Part shown: piece after piece, positions 10,325 to 21,600 of the stretch
Numbering within the stretch: position 1 is the stretch's first letter
Layout: each line of letters begins with the position of its first letter
From: Corallochytrium limacisporum Hawaii
Taxonomy: Eukaryota; Protista; Pluriformea
Direction of reading: 5' to 3'
DNA: 64,000 bases
Assembly: GCA_002811645.1 (NCBI GenBank)
Contig: PDIP01000048.1
Span: 67,407-131,406, forward strand
Made by a program: the position numbers and the translations under genes
The notes under the pieces: generated by a model
Told to the model about the DNA's origin: nothing
Databases searched by the model: none
What the model saw: only the letters and a program-made list of their open reading frames with translations

Positions 10325-11915
10325 ATAAAGCGTTTCCCATCATCGCCTATAAGGATAGAAAACTCCCTTGGTTACATATGCTGGACTGAAGGCTTTGACC
10401 AGTCATCGCCATGGACGCCTGCGGACAGTGGGCCCGGAGACCCTTCTTGACAACCCCCTCCACCAATATGCGCGATTACATACGGCTGTCGCTAGACTCA
10501 GGAAGACACCCCCAACGGTGAACTTGTATGCATGGCACGCGCCTCGCTGATTGCCATGGTGGACCATGCAGCAGATGGTAATACTCTTGTGGACTTGAAG
10601 TGCTGCTTACTCGACTCCGTACTTCCTTACCCAGAAGAGTGTAGATGTGCCATCTCCGCAGACCACATCGGCAAACAGATGGTACACGATTGCCTCACGG
10701 TGACACCTTTGGACCAGTGAATTGGAGTATATAGCCCCCTGTCGCTCCTTACACTCGAACGAGTTTTGTGTCTGATGCCTGCCGTTTGTGCCGCTGGCGT
10801 GGGAACTCGCTGTGCGGTCCCTTTACTACACTCTGCGGCCCACGGCGAGGGGAACTCCTGTCACTTTCTTTAAAAAATTGGGAGACCAGCACTGTATGGA
10901 ATCACTGCATTGCGACAGAGCGCGATGAATCCCTCCTTCCCTCAGGTGGGGAGGCAAGTTTCCGGTACTCAATATACCGGCCATGCGGGCAAAAATTGAT
11001 CATGGCTTCGAAAAAGAATTGCTCCAGACACGCTTGGAACCCGCGACACAAACAACCAAAAGAACAGAAACTGCGGGACAGGCAGAGCAAGCTCCGGTGT
11101 GAGAAAACTCAACGGGATCGGATGGATTGATCCGTATGCATTCGACCATAGATGGGATGGAACGCGATCACGATCCCCGTCCCCCAACTTTTGCACCAAC
11201 CCACTTGATGATAGCCCACCGTGCTCGAGGATCCACACGGCACGGCAGGGTCGAAAACCTCGTCTTCCTTCTTTGCTGCGTGTGTCGGTATGCGGCAGGT
11301 GTAGTAGAGTTTTGGAAACGGTGACGTAGGTGGACGTTGTGTGAAGTGGGAGCTATATTCCTGCCCAGCACTGTTTTTGCTAAATGCGAAGCCAAGAGGT
11401 ATTGCTGTTGCTGTCCGAATTGACCCCGCTGAAACCGTTCGTCGAGCCCGAACACCGAAGGCTCAAAGACAGCGCAGTTAAGAAATGGTTCTCACAAGGT
11501 TTTGTCCGTTAAAAAAGGATCTTAGCGGGTCCCGCAGACGTAAGAGTTTTCCGTCTCCTCAGGCTTTGCTCACACAGTTGCCAGCAGGGCATTAATGAGA
11601 GCCGGGAGGAGGCACTCAAAATACACTTCATGTTTGTTTGTTTCACTGGCTATCTGTGGAAGGCGGGGGTTCATCCTTCAACCTCCGCTCACACTGTCAC
11701 GTTTCCACACCAGATCGGGATCCAACTGGGAAGCGCCTGTGACCTTTCTTGTCACATAGCGGGTCCCAATGCGTACGGGCATATGTGTGTTTGTTTTGGT
11801 GGCGGTGTGCTGGTACCTAAGATCTTGGAACAAGTCAGCCCGTGTAGGTGACCCGTCTCCAGACAGTACACGAAGATAAAGAATATCGGGCGATAGCACT
11901 GACACATTCTCGAAT

Positions 11916-13112
11916 ATGACGTGGTACGGCATCTTCTGGGACCCCAGTGCCCTTCTCAATGCCAACTTGAGCAATCTGCTGGGTTGGTCATCTGTGGCCT
12001 GCTGGTTCATTGTGGGCTTCCCGCAGTTTTACACGAACTACAAACTTAAGAGCGGTGATGGCCTCGCCATGTCGTTCCTGCTTATCTGGTTATTTGGTGA
12101 TGCCTTCAACCTGGTCGGTTGCTACATAACAAATCAGTTGGTCAGTGAGATTGTCGTGGCGTGGTGGTACACCATCATGGATATCGTATTGATTGGTCAG
12201 ATCATTTACTACGATCGGTACTATAAGCATACCTTGAAGGATCACGAGTATGACGCCTTGGAGGCTGCCGGAGAGGAACAAGATCGATTCCACAGCGAAA
12301 CTACCCCTATCCTTAGTGGCAGCCGGCACGATGTGGCGGAAAGTAGTGTCACGTCCATAGTTGGATCCTTGGAGAAGAGCCGCAACAGTGCTTTTGATGG
12401 TATGAGCACCGCCCGCTCCTACCCTCGTCGTGAATTTGTTCGCCACATGAACGACCAGGAGGCTGAAGAAATTCGTACTTCCATCAGCCACCAGAACAGC
12501 ACAGACAGACAGACCAGCCGCACTCGCCTGCCCACTCTGCCCGCTGTCCTGCTCATCGGTACCTTCGGTCTGCGCATGGTTATAGCTAACATGTACTTTG
12601 GTAGCCTGGACAACAATGACATTTCGGGAACTTACAACGTGGCCGCCGGCGGCGCTGCAGCATACGTTGGTCGGTCACTGCTCGGTCTTGATGATGGACT
12701 GCTGTCCATGGGTAAACACCATGGACACTCCGGTGAACCCACTTCTCCCATCCCGGACCCTGTTGTAGATAGTGATCTGTGTACTGCTGGCCCTGTTGCC
12801 TGCCAGGTGGGAATGGTCATGGGTTGGATCAGCTCCTTCCTGTACATTGTCAGCCGTTTCCCTCAAATCTACCAAAACTTCCAGCGCAAGAGCTGTGAAG
12901 GTGTCAGCATGATGATGTTTGTGTTCGCTGTGCTGGGTAACCTTACTTACGCTTCGTCCATCTTTGTGTTCCGCCATGACCACGCTTTCCTGGTCGAGAA
13001 AATGCCATGGATCGTAGGTGCTCTTGGGACTCTATTGCAGGACGCCATCGTCTTCAGTCAGTTCTTCATCTACGGTGAGGCGCCTAAGGAAGTCGAAGAG
13101 GAGAACATGTAA
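11916..13112 (+). CDS. PQ-loop lysosomal/vacuolar cationic amino acid transporter (PQLC2/LAAT1/Ypq1-like)
   Basis: Two PQ loops (GFPQFYTNYKLKSGDGL, SRFPQIYQNFQRKSCEGVS), plus WLFGDAFNLVG and LGNLTY. About 7 TM segments and an acidic dileucine-like signal ETTPIL. Confidence 0.93.
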   Translation: MTWYGIFWDPSALLNANLSNLLGWSSVACWFIVGFPQFYTNYKLKSGDGLAMSFLLIWLFGDAFNLVGCYITNQLVSEIVVAWWYTIMDIVLIGQIIYYDRYYKHTLKDHEYDALEAAGEEQDRFHSETTPILSGSRHDVAESSVTSIVGSLEKSRNSAFDGMSTARSYPRREFVRHMNDQEAEEIRTSISHQNSTDRQTSRTRLPTLPAVLLIGTFGLRMVIANMYFGSLDNNDISGTYNVAAGGAAAYVGRSLLGLDDGLLSMGKHHGHSGEPTSPIPDPVVDSDLCTAGPVACQVGMVMGWISSFLYIVSRFPQIYQNFQRKSCEGVSMMMFVFAVLGNLTYASSIFVFRHDHAFLVEKMPWIVGALGTLLQDAIVFSQFFIYGEAPKEVEEENM

Positions 13113-13449
13113 AAAGGGTTCGCGGTAACAGGCCAAAATGACAGAGCCAGGAAGCATACGGTCCCGTAGAATCAGCACGCAAAAGACGGCAGTGCCGGAA
13201 ACCTCATGAATAGCATACTGTGTTTACGTTCTCATATGGAGCATCCGTGGGATTCACTTTTAGAACTTTATATCGCACATACGTACCAATTCTATTCACA
13301 TGTTTGCTGCGTTAGAAGTATCCAAATATCATACCGATGAAAACTGGCCAGATACATGTAAATATTACAGAATACTTTGAAATGTATAATGAGGATGCTC
13401 TATGAAGGAAACTGTGAATGAAAAATGGAAAGGAAGGCGAACCCAGAGG

Positions 13450-13932
13450 TCAGTGTTTAGGTCGCTTCGTTGCTGTCTGGCCGTCGGGAATGTCGTCAAT
13501 GGCCCGCTTAAAGGCTCCGCGTAGCCCGATGTTGGTCTGTCCGTCGATACAGACGTGTGTGATAAAGTGCTTGTCGTCGACGTAGTCGTTTAGATCGTCA
13601 GTATTTGTGTCCAGACACACCGACACCTTAGAACTAGGATAGATCTGAGATGGTTCTCGCATGACCCATGATGCATAGTTTGCAACGTCTCGCACATCTC
13701 TAAGGCAAATAATTGATTCTTCCGCCTTCCGATCCGTGGCCGGAGTCACAATTACATAGCTGCGGGTCAGGTATCGTCTTGAGTTCCTCGAGTCTATGCT
13801 TCTGCGCGAGGAGTGGAAATGACAGTATGGGGCTCCACTCTTTTCCCGAAATAAAATATGCGTCGGTGAAGGTGTACTATAATCTCGCGAACCGTCCGAG
13901 TCTCTCCGGACTCTCTTCGCATTTGGCGGCAT
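13450..13932 (-). CDS. Hypothetical protein (~160 aa) with basic NLS-like ends
   Basis: ATG at 13932 in an ACC-ATG context with a TATA-like TATTTATATAG just upstream. Begins PPNAKRVRR and ends KRPKH. No recognisable domain. Confidence 0.5.
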   Translation of the reverse strand: MPPNAKRVRRDSDGSRDYSTPSPTHILFREKSGAPYCHFHSSRRSIDSRNSRRYLTRSYVIVTPATDRKAEESIICLRDVRDVANYASWVMREPSQIYPSSKVSVCLDTNTDDLNDYVDDKHFITHVCIDGQTNIGLRGAFKRAIDDIPDGQTATKRPKH

Positions 13933-14753
13933 GGTCAAGTATGTCTATATAAATATTTGAGTACCCTCTGTCAACTATTTCTTCACATTCTTGTCGTTGA
14001 TTGTAAACTAATTTGCGAGTTTTTATTGGCGCTGCTATATACCTTGTCGGCAATAGTTTGAATTGTCGACAATCGTCCAAATCTTCACAGTGCGTTGGCG
14101 CCCCTTTAGCCCACCATGTTTCTTGCTTAATGGAAATATTAAGCACACGAACTATTTTATAGCCGAACACTAGGATTATTTGCAGCTTCCCGTTCTGTCA
14201 CGTTGCTTGTGCATGTGTGCGTTATGCAGAACAAAAGGACACTGAGAACAAATGATGCGACGTTCAGCTATTTTCTTAAGTTTCTCCTTCCAAACATTTT
14301 TTTTTTCGAGATTTCCGGGTCTATTGATCATGGGCGCGGGGCTAACCAACCAGCGCAGAAGAGAGCGAGAGAGAGAGCGAGAGAGAGGGTGGCCTGGCGC
14401 TGGAAAAAAAAAGGAAAGCGGGGGGGGGGGGGAGGGAGGGAAGAGATGAAGGAAGCGCGGAGGGCAGCGAGGAGGAGCCGAGGTGGGTCTCGGAATCACT
14501 GGCTAGCCGCGGCTAAATAGAAAGTCATTGCAAGCGGTACGACACATAGGATTCACTGGCTATTCAAAGCTTCTCCTTTACCTCCTTTCAACCACACGAA
14601 CAGATGATAACATACTGGGAATTGTGATTTCAACGCACGCAATAGAGATTCCACTTTGGGATCACAAACCTTTCGGCAGTATGGCCACTGTATTGAGTTA
14701 CATAGTGCAGTGGGTTCTTTAGTTCAATACTCCACTACAACACAAAGGCCATC

Positions 14754-17700
14754 ATGGACATATTTGATATCAGCCACAGCGCAATCTTCACATTATGTGG
14801 AGGCGTTGGCTTCGTGAGCCTCCTCTATGCCCTGGAATTGCTACCAGGCTCCGGTGTCTGGGTGTCCAGCACTTGTCTTTTCATCGGATTCCTTGCTGCG
14901 GCATTACAAGCCGCGGAATCATCGGAAAAAGCTGCCACACGCGTACTCGATCGCCTGGGAGAGACTAATTTGAGCAGTCGTTACCTCAAGGACTCACCCG
15001 GTGCCCAGGGATCAGAGTACCGGCACCGGCTGAAGACAGAGTTCGCAGGGTCGCAGGCAGAAAACGGACAAGCGAGTGAGCGATTGTGCAGGCTGAAGGA
15101 CTCCATGCCACTTCTCCATAAGGAATTGAACTGTATTATGGATCTTTTCATGCGGGATTGCGTCTGGTGGTGGTACCAGGACATATTTGAGTCACCGGCC
15201 TTTCCGGATGCAACGCGGGACATGTTAATGGATAGCCTCGCCAAATTGGTAGAGCGAGATACCAATAGTGAAAATTCAGCAGATATTGCAGAACTGGTCA
15301 TCTTTCGATTGTGCCATGCGCTAGTGGTCCACTTGCGGGTTACGAAAGAAGCAAGGAATGCAGTACGGATGGGGAAGCTTGAAGACTTTCGGTCATCGTT
15401 GCATCCGGCATGTGCCAGCCCACAGGCCGAATTGGAGCATGTGCGAAGGCTTAGTGCCACGATCTGTCGCTACGCTGTCCCACCAGGCGAACTGACGGGA
15501 GCCATGGCCAGCACGATGCTGCCGGAGATTCTGGCCACCGGCATTATCATCCCTTCAGTTGCAAGCGTGTCCCAGCCGTACTTCATCCACTCACAGATCG
15601 TCTCGTTCTTTTCGCCAAAGCGATACAAACAGATGGTTACAGAGCCCATGAAGTTCGAATTGAAGCAGCTAAGTTTTCTGCGTAAAGAAAGGAAGCGTAG
15701 CCTGGACAGTGCACAGCGACAGCGGAGTAGAAAGTCAGATCCCCTTACAGATAATGCGGACTCTGTTCTGACCGCGCGAGCAAAGCCATTGCACTATTAT
15801 TATGCACTCGTTCATATGGGACCTCATTTGATGAAAAGCAAGCGAGCACCCGTGGGCGAGGATGACCGCCTCACATTTGATCTTCGGGCTACATTCCCCA
15901 TCTTCCAAGAACATGGCATCAGCGAGCTGCGCATCGATCTATATCGCTACGATCCCATGAGTGTAGTCAAGATGGTAGGATACTGTGCTATTCCCCTGGG
16001 TGTCCTCCTAGAGGCGCGAGAGTCCACCAAGGCATATACGTTATCTGTGTCACAGCTGGATGAGACTGAGCTGTTGGTCGGAGCTGAGTGCACAGTGGAA
16101 TCATTTACCGCAATGTTCAAGGGTACCTTTAAGAATATGATGACGGCAGAACATCACGGCGATCAGCTTAAGCATAGTGAAAGCGGGGAACACCTTGCAG
16201 TCGACGACGATGACGGCGACGACGGCGACGACGAAGAAGACCGAGAGACGAAGACTGCTACTGCTGCACTGCAGAACGCGAAGCCGGTCAAACTCACGAT
16301 GGCACGGGTGCTGAACAACATCCAGGACAGTCTCGGACCATTCACTGAGTACCTGATGGAACGAGACGCCACCGCCGCGCTGCAGGGATGGATGAACATT
16401 CAGAGCTTCCGCTTGGCCTTCCCTGTCAAAGCAACGTCGGAAGACAGTGGCCTGGCCCAGGAGGCCCTGATGCAATGTGGCCGCATCATGGACCTGCACT
16501 TTAAAGAAGATTCTCCGCTACGGCTGCGCATTTCTCCTGACCTGCTACTCAAGCTGATCCAGGATAGGGATTCGAACAATGTCGCTTCTTTATGTACGAC
16601 GATGCTGGAAATCCATCACGAGATCTTCAGTGCTCTGGAACGTTTGTACTTCCGCGACTTTCTGGAATCTGAGTACTACGCCGAGTATCACCGTCAGCGG
16701 AAGGAACGGTACCAGCGCCTTGTCACCGAGCATTCATCGTCAACTAAATCGTCACCACTTGGCAGTGCCAGCGGTGGCTCCACACCTCAGGATGACCTAA
16801 AGGGCAGCAGAGACTTGACGGAACCGTCTCAGAGCGATGCCAAGGGGGAAAGCAAGCACCTCACCAAAAGGATCAGTGAGGACTCGGTGGGAACAGTAGA
16901 ACTTGAGAACGTTGACGACCTCGAGGACGAAATGCATGCGCCTGGCTCTGCGTCCATGAACGATCACTCCGCGATCGGTGCTGCTATGCAGATGCTGAAG
17001 GAAAAGCGAGCGATTGTCAACCAGCAGCTGGACCTTAAGCAAACCGCACACGACCGGCGCTTGCTCCTGAGAGAAAGCCAGCAACTACATGAGGAGATGC
17101 GGTCGCTTGAGGCCGTGGCACGCCTCAGCAACACACAATTTGTGTACAAGGTCCGAGTGCTCAACACACGCATGATACAATACCGTGGCCAGATCACCAC
17201 GTCGTTCCTTCTGGACGTCAGTCGTGTACTGACCAAAACCGGTGTGGTAGATGACAATTACCAAATCTGGCGGACATTCATTTCCTTCCAAGACTTCCAC
17301 CGCGTTATGAAAGGCATTTTTGCAAAGGTTGAGAAGATTCCCTTTCCACAACGTGGGCTTTTCCGTAAGCACTCTCCGGAGCGACTAAAGCAGATCCAGA
17401 GCGACTTGGACAAGTATATGAACATGCTTCTCACAGATGAAATGCTGGCCCAGGCACGACCAGTGCAACTCTTCCTCGCGCCCGTTCGGCGCGCAGAGGC
17501 TCGGGGAACAGGTCCTCGGTCCCACAAGGAAAGCGCCGCTCACATGGCCAATGCTCAGGCCGAACGCTGGCGGGAAAGCGGCGAGCGCAGGTCTGCGGAG
17601 AATAGTCCGCGCCGAACGAACGAGCCGACATCGGCATCCTCACCTAGTTCTAGGGGCGCCTCGCCACGCGAACTAAAGCCACCGTTGAGCCCGCGCCGAA

Positions 17701-18518
17701 ATACCCACCACCCACCCTCCGAGCACGAAATGGCTGAACAGGAGGCGGAAATGTTCCAGAAGGTCACGGAGATCGTGGACACGGCGGAGGACCGTTGGTT
17801 GCTGCTCGCTTCGGAGCTGGAAGGAGACCAGGTAGACTCTTTGAGCGGTTCGCGCCTGAGCGTAGCGTCGTCAACGGCACTGCTCGATGTGCCGTCGTCC
17901 TCGTCGATGACCAACGGTGGGAGTAGCAGCGGTTCCAAGAGCACCAGTGCTGGCAAGGGCTCTGCACAGGCTTCGCCGTCTCAACGCAAGGGTGGCACGA
18001 CATCGAGTCCCAGGGAAGAACAAAATCCCTTTTTCGATGAGGACGCACGTCTCATGCATGAAACCCTATCCGCTGTCCTGGAGGAAGCGTTTGACCTCAA
18101 CCACCGAAACCAATGGTTCCGCCGGCGCGTCTTGGCCGTCTTTAAAGGCACCATCTTCCGCCGCTATGGACAAACCATCAACAAAGAAGTGATCAAGCAG
18201 CTCAACATCCTACAGAGTGAGGAGTACCTCGAAAGCTACTTGAGGACCATACGCGAGAGTGTGTGGCCGGACGGCACCTGGTGTGCGCCATATCCTGCAC
18301 CGACGGAGAAATTGAAGCTCGCGATGCGGATGGACGCCATCCGTGCATTGGGACGGGCCATGCCTGAGCAGGTGGCTCCGTTAGTATCGAACGTATTTTG
18401 GACCGCGTCGATGACAAACCTGATTAATTCATGCAGTGATCCGCTGTTCAATAAGAGTTTAGTGTACACCATGCTGGACGCAATGGTGCAGCAGTTAACG
18501 GACGCTGGGGGCCGGTAG
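14754..18518 (+). CDS. SNX-RGS family sorting nexin (SNX13/14/25, Mdm1-like): TM-PXA-[C2-like]-RGS-PX-PXC
   Basis: N-terminal TM pair; PXA (IMDLFMRDCVWWWYQDI, LHPA...ELEHVRRL, EILA..IIP); RGS (F.EYL, YFRDFLESEYY); PX (WRTFISFQDFH..MK, PFP, LDKYMNMLL); PXC (EAFDL..RNQWFRR, IRESVWPDG, NKSLVYTMLD). Confidence 0.9.
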   Translation: MDIFDISHSAIFTLCGGVGFVSLLYALELLPGSGVWVSSTCLFIGFLAAALQAAESSEKAATRVLDRLGETNLSSRYLKDSPGAQGSEYRHRLKTEFAGSQAENGQASERLCRLKDSMPLLHKELNCIMDLFMRDCVWWWYQDIFESPAFPDATRDMLMDSLAKLVERDTNSENSADIAELVIFRLCHALVVHLRVTKEARNAVRMGKLEDFRSSLHPACASPQAELEHVRRLSATICRYAVPPGELTGAMASTMLPEILATGIIIPSVASVSQPYFIHSQIVSFFSPKRYKQMVTEPMKFELKQLSFLRKERKRSLDSAQRQRSRKSDPLTDNADSVLTARAKPLHYYYALVHMGPHLMKSKRAPVGEDDRLTFDLRATFPIFQEHGISELRIDLYRYDPMSVVKMVGYCAIPLGVLLEARESTKAYTLSVSQLDETELLVGAECTVESFTAMFKGTFKNMMTAEHHGDQLKHSESGEHLAVDDDDGDDGDDEEDRETKTATAALQNAKPVKLTMARVLNNIQDSLGPFTEYLMERDATAALQGWMNIQSFRLAFPVKATSEDSGLAQEALMQCGRIMDLHFKEDSPLRLRISPDLLLKLIQDRDSNNVASLCTTMLEIHHEIFSALERLYFRDFLESEYYAEYHRQRKERYQRLVTEHSSSTKSSPLGSASGGSTPQDDLKGSRDLTEPSQSDAKGESKHLTKRISEDSVGTVELENVDDLEDEMHAPGSASMNDHSAIGAAMQMLKEKRAIVNQQLDLKQTAHDRRLLLRESQQLHEEMRSLEAVARLSNTQFVYKVRVLNTRMIQYRGQITTSFLLDVSRVLTKTGVVDDNYQIWRTFISFQDFHRVMKGIFAKVEKIPFPQRGLFRKHSPERLKQIQSDLDKYMNMLLTDEMLAQARPVQLFLAPVRRAEARGTGPRSHKESAAHMANAQAERWRESGERRSAENSPRRTNEPTSASSPSSRGASPRELKPPLSPRRNTHHPPSEHEMAEQEAEMFQKVTEIVDTAEDRWLLLASELEGDQVDSLSGSRLSVASSTALLDVPSSSSMTNGGSSSGSKSTSAGKGSAQASPSQRKGGTTSSPREEQNPFFDEDARLMHETLSAVLEEAFDLNHRNQWFRRRVLAVFKGTIFRRYGQTINKEVIKQLNILQSEEYLESYLRTIRESVWPDGTWCAPYPAPTEKLKLAMRMDAIRALGRAMPEQVAPLVSNVFWTASMTNLINSCSDPLFNKSLVYTMLDAMVQQLTDAGGR

Positions 18519-18658
18519 AGACTTCATAATGAATCCTGTAAAATATCAAATATGACCGGTGGTATGTCGCAAAAGTGAAAACTTATGTACTGCTTCTTTT
18601 GAAAAGTCTTTATCAAAAGAAATTTTTCATTGAACATTTTGAGATTGTGCTGTCTGTT

Positions 18659-21600
18659 TTAACGGTAACCAGCGCCGCCGTAGCCGCCACGTTCATTGGA
18701 CGAGGATCCGTAGGCCTGTGGCGGCGGAGCATTCCCAAAAGTCTGCGCCATGGGCGCAAGCGGAGCGGCAGGCGCACCGCGTCCGCCGCTTCCGCTTCCT
18801 CCGTAGTCGCGGGGGCGACCGCCGGCTCCCGCTGCTGCCTGTGGAGGAGGACGGGCGTTCCAGTTCTGTTTGAACCAACGAATAAGGTCATCGAGGATCA
18901 TATGGGTCTTACCGCGAAAGCGATAGCCACTGGGGTGCACTTCGACAGATTCCATACGGCAGGAATTGCGCTGACCGGGCTGGTAAGCCAGCGAGAGGGT
19001 GCCCGGGCGCTGGCGGGACAGGAATAGGACGTACGGGAACCGTTCTGGATTGGCTGCGACCTGATCCGCACAGAAGCGCTTGGCGCCTTCCTCGTCAACA
19101 TCTTGGAATTTGGGGTGGTCTGTGGCGTCGCGCATGAAGGAAGAGACGGGCATAACGTACCGACCAATCAGTTCGTCCAGAGAATCGTAGCTCTCACGAC
19201 CGATGCGCAGACGACTGCCAAGCTTGGCGGCCGTTCGATCCGCGCTCTCCTCTATGTCTACGTTTGCGTAAATGCCCTCTGCAATCTTCCAGGTCAGCGT
19301 CAGGTGCAGATCCACACGCGCTGGCCGAATGACACAATCGCCGATGTCCATTTTTTCCAAGTACTTGCTAGCCATAGCGTAATTGAAGTTGCGGAACGAA
19401 TCATGCACGACCTGGCGCACAATATGCTGCGGCGCATTAGCTTCAGTCTTTGTTCGTTCGAGGGCTTCTTGGTCGTCAGCTTCCTTGTACTCATCGTAAT
19501 AACGGTCCAGGTGTCCCCGAGAGCGAGGCATGTTGCGAAGGTCGGAGCTACGACAAGTTAGGTCGACCTCAAACTCTTTGAAACGAATGCTCAAGACGCG
19601 AGCATCGATCGTTTGGTTGCGCTTCAGACGATCCCTCACAGACCGGACGTCGCGGTCTGACACATTGGTGCGACTGATGACGCCGCGCAATCCATTGTCG
19701 AGCTTCACAGCAGCGCTATGGTCATCAACGAAAGCCACAGTCACACGCACCAAACAACCCTCGTAGAGAGTCTTCGGGCTTTCGCCAGTGAGCAGGTAGA
19801 AAACTTCGGGTTCAGTCAGAACCATGTAGCTAGCGCGCTTCTCTCCGAACGGAGCGATCAGTTCCTCCTTAATGTCCCGCAGAGTGATGCTCTTATCGCC
19901 CTTGCCCATGGAAATAAGCTGCTGAGCGTATGCATCGAGGTCTAGAGCTCGCAAGGCGCCAGGGTTCTCACGGATTTCCTCGATGACAGCACTGGGATTA
20001 GCCTTGTCTTCAACTTCGTGTTCGAGGGCGTCGCGCGCTATCTTTCGGGCCATCGAGTACGACTCCGGGTGGATGCGAGTGAGATCGAGTGGCTCTTGCT
20101 TGGTGTCTTCAAACATTGCGTCACGCTCAAAGGCCGACGCCTTGACGGCAAGTACCAACAAGAAAGCAGCACAGTTCTCGAAGACGATCGCCCCAAGCTT
20201 ACCTATGGAAATGATGTCCGTACGGGTGCGTAGTCCGCGGCTTTGGCTTTGGTTAATGTTGTTGATCAGCGCCTCAGCCTTGCGGAAGCCTAGACCGCTC
20301 ACAAACGGCACCACGCTCTGCGTGTGGGTCAGGTGGCAGGCCGCGTTAATGTCCACTCCAACCAGGGCGGTTGCGTTGATGACCTCGCGGTGCAGGATGG
20401 TGCGCAGCAAAGGCCGAGACACGCGGTGGTGCATGTGATGCAGCGGTAGGGTCAGAATATCGTCATCTGCGTTCGCGAGGCCGGCAATCTCCAGCAGCGG
20501 GTCTTGTGCGGCACGGCACAAGGACACGGCCGCGCGAAGATCGTCAGGGAGATCTGGGAACTCGAGCTGTGCCCGCTCGGAAGAACCAAAGGTACGGCCA
20601 ATATCCGGGTTGACAAAGTCAGCCTGTAGGTGGCTTAAACCAACCCGATCGAGGGTGTGCCTGACGTCCTCCATGACATCGCGTGCCTCCATCATATCGG
20701 CAGGGATGAGCATCCGGTCCGGTCGGGCACGGAGCATAATCTCACCCAATTCATCCAATTCTTTCTGGCGCTCCGGATCCTTACGCAGGCGCGGGTTGCC
20801 GACAGCATGGATGAATTGGAGCTTCTCTGTTATATCTAGATTGCCTTTTCGATCGATGGTGACAAGGAAGGAAGATTCCTTGGTCGTATTTGATAGATAG
20901 ATGCAGGCCACTTTGGCCTTGTTTACACCAACGGAGTCATCAAACTCATCATCGTCGTCATCGTAGTCATCATCCCGGTTGTGAGTCTTGCTAAGACGCG
21001 GAACGGGCTGCATCATTACGCGACGGTACAATTTCTGTGCACATTCCTCAGCGATATACTGTGTGGTTGCGCGCGTTAGCGCCGTGCGACATTGCTTCTC
21101 GAAATGTGGGAAGCAATACTTGTTCAAGACCATGTTGATGACCTGACGACGCTCCTCATTCCAAGATGCTGAGTTCTCTACAAAGTCTTCTTCAAGAAAG
21201 AAGTTTTCTACCGTGCGGGTAAACTCCTTGATGTCAGCATCAAAGGTGACTTGCATGAGTCCTTGCTTTTCAGCAGCTTCCAATTCGAGCCATTCGCTGC
21301 CACGGAAGGTGTCCAGCGGCTTGCCACGGAGGTACTTCATGCCACCCACTGGATGGAATTCATCAATGATTTTGATACCCTTCTGTGTCGGTTCCGCATT
21401 GATTCGCACGATAGATGAGTAGTTCGAACGTAGATACTTGCGGACCTTTGGGTGGTTGGCCAAGTCCATTGCATAACAGAGACGTGCGGCAGTCAGCACC
21501 TCGGTAGAGTCTGGGAAGTGACGGCTTACATGCTCCTCGGCCATCACGTCTGGACTGCTCTCCTCCGTCGGTGGCTTGTGAATGAGAGAGCTGGCTTCTA

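Noticed and set aside
10380-10720. Minus-strand peptide VCGDGTSTLFW resembling the post-RT motif of LINE ORF2
   Set aside because: A single short motif followed by a stop; no RT or endonuclease sequence nearby.
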